From an uncultured Actinomycetota bacterium (GTDB lineage: Bacteria > Actinomycetota > Actinomycetes > Mycobacteriales > Nakamurellaceae): a stretch of DNA of 64,000 bases. Positions within the stretch are counted from its first letter, which is position 1. Each line of letters begins with the position of its first letter. Below, in pieces: positions 62,502 through 64,000 of the stretch. A program made the position numbers and the translations under genes. The notes below the pieces were generated by a model, which had not been told where the DNA came from, ran no database searches, and saw only the letters and a program-made list of their open reading frames with translations. The stretch lies in the NCBI GenBank assembly GCA_963719475.1, contig CAVRCD010000008.1, forward strand, positions 30,845-94,844, written 5' to 3'.

Positions 62502-64000
62502 CTACGGCGTCACGCCGTGGGTCGATTCCGAGTCGATTCCCGCGATGGGCCTGACAACGATGTGCGGTGGTCGGCTCCCGTTCGGCTCGGCATCGGCGTA
62601 CAGCCGCGCGTAGGCGCCGCCGCGACGCAGCAGTTCCTCGTGCTGGCCCACCTCGGCGATCCGGCCGTGGTCCATCACCACGATGCGGTCGGCCCTGGCC
62701 GCGGTGGTGAGCCGGTGCGCGACGACCACGGTGGTGCGCCCCCTGGCCAGCCGGTCGGTCGCGGCCAGCACGGCCGATTCCGCCGCCGGGTCGAGAGCGG
62801 CAGTCGCCTCGTCGAGCAGCAGGATGTCCGGATCGACCAACTCGGCGCGGGCCAGTGAGATCAGCTGGCGTTGCCCCGCCGACAGGTTCCGGCCACGTTC
62901 GGCGACCTGGTGTTCGAACTTGCCGGCCAGTCCCGCGATCGCGTCCAGTGCGCCGACCGACCTCGCGGCCGCCTCGACGTCGGCGTCGGGGGCATCGGGT
63001 CGGCCGTAGGCGATGTTGTCCCGGACCGTCCCGATGAACAGGTGTGGCTCCTGCGGGACGACGCCGAGTCGTCGCCGGTAGGCGCCGAGGTCGAAGCTGC
63101 GGACGTCGATGCCGTCGATGGTGATGGAACCCGAAGTGGTGTCGTAGAACCGGGCGATCAGCTTGACCAGGGTCGACTTGCCGGCTCCGGTGGCTCCGAC
63201 CACGGCAACGGTCTGGCCGGCGGCGATCTGCAGGTCGACGCCGTTGAGTGCAGCGGACGCCCCGGCATCGGCGGTCGAATAGTGGAAGCCCACGTCATGT
63301 GCGCCGATGTCACCGGCGAGCTGCGGAACTCCGATCGGGTGGTCGGCGGCCGGGGTCGAGGTGGTGGTGTCCAACAGCTCGCCGATCCGGACCAGCCCGA
63401 CCTGCGCCTGCTGATAGGAATCGAAGACCTGCGAGAGCTGCTGGATCGGCGTGAAGAACGAATCCAGGTACAACACGAAGGCGATCAGGGTGCCGACCGA
63501 CATGGTGCCGGCAACGACCCGCATGACCCCCGAACCGAGAACGGCGGCCGCGGCGAGCTCGGACAGCAGGGCGACGAAGGGGAAGTAGATCGAGATGGCC
63601 GTCTGCGCCCGCATCCGGGACCGTCGGTAGTCGTCGCTGCGGGCCGCGAATCCGTCGGCGTTCGCCTGCTGGCGGCCGAGGGCCTGCGACACCCGCAGAC
63701 CCGCCACGTTCTCCTGCAGATCCGCATTGACGATGCTGACCTTTTCCCGGGCATCGGTGTAGGCGTGGGTGGAGAACCGCCGGAAGATCACCGTCGCGAT
63801 GGCGACCAACGGCAGCGCCAGGAACGCGATCAGGGCGAGCCCGGCGTCCATCACCAGCAGCACCACGGCGATTCCGGCGAACGTGGCCAGGGAGACGACC
63901 GAGGTCACCAAACCGGTCTGCAGGAAGCTCGACAACGCGTCGACGTCGGTGGTCATCCGGGTCATGATCCGGCCGGCCATCTCCCGTTCGTAGTAGTCCA
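62502..64000 (-). CDS. ABC exporter, fused permease/ATPase (5' part outside the window)
   Basis: GRIMTRMTTDVDALS, GATGAGKST, LSAGQRQL, LDEAT and AHRL. Confidence 0.93.
   Translation of the reverse strand, partial: DYYEREMAGRIMTRMTTDVDALSSFLQTGLVTSVVSLATFAGIAVVLLVMDAGLALIAFLALPLVAIATVIFRRFSTHAYTDAREKVSIVNADLQENVAGLRVSQALGRQQANADGFAARSDDYRRSRMRAQTAISIYFPFVALLSELAAAAVLGSGVMRVVAGTMSVGTLIAFVLYLDSFFTPIQQLSQVFDSYQQAQVGLVRIGELLDTTTSTPAADHPIGVPQLAGDIGAHDVGFHYSTADAGASAALNGVDLQIAAGQTVAVVGATGAGKSTLVKLIARFYDTTSGSITIDGIDVRSFDLGAYRRRLGVVPQEPHLFIGTVRDNIAYGRPDAPDADVEAAARSVGALDAIAGLAGKFEHQVAERGRNLSAGQRQLISLARAELVDPDILLLDEATAALDPAAESAVLAATDRLARGRTTVVVAHRLTTAARADRIVVMDHGRIAEVGQHEELLRRGGAYARLYADAEPNGSRPPHIVVRPIAGIDSESTHGVTP

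Overview
High-GC actinomycete chromosomal window (my impression is Nakamurella-like; not verifiable here). The backbone follows the conserved actinobacterial order seen around M. tuberculosis Rv3214-Rv3234c: WS/DGAT, DUF6912-like, rsgA, aroA, SRAP, ybaK, sigH-rshA, bL37, biotinyl carrier, pdtaS, whiB1, DAG kinase, GNAT and a histidine phosphatase. It continues with rmlC, malic enzyme, a complete IclR-regulated hut operon, a DsbA/FrnE protein, kgd and an ABC transporter. Several accessory blocks are inserted into this backbone. (1) A GntR plus stand-alone Cache sensor pair divergent from an Fe-S/FAD/small protein/LLM oxidoreductase operon. (2) A Ser/Thr kinase-FHA neighbourhood with a class-B-like flavoprotein, a small membrane protein, a zinc-ribbon FHA protein, a soluble non-RD kinase and a membrane kinase with an emfourin-like insert. 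(3) An AbiEi/DUF559-type gene bracketed by 28-bp inverted repeats and a tandem repeat array. (4) A histidine-ammonia-lyase paralogue lacking the MIO tripeptide, coupled to a P450 and divergent from a betaine-type ABC importer. There is also an orphan REP-like hairpin array at 3.9-4.6 kb. About 20 single-base frameshifts, including several in kgd, point to long-read indel errors rather than real pseudogenes. No rRNA, tRNA or CRISPR array was seen.
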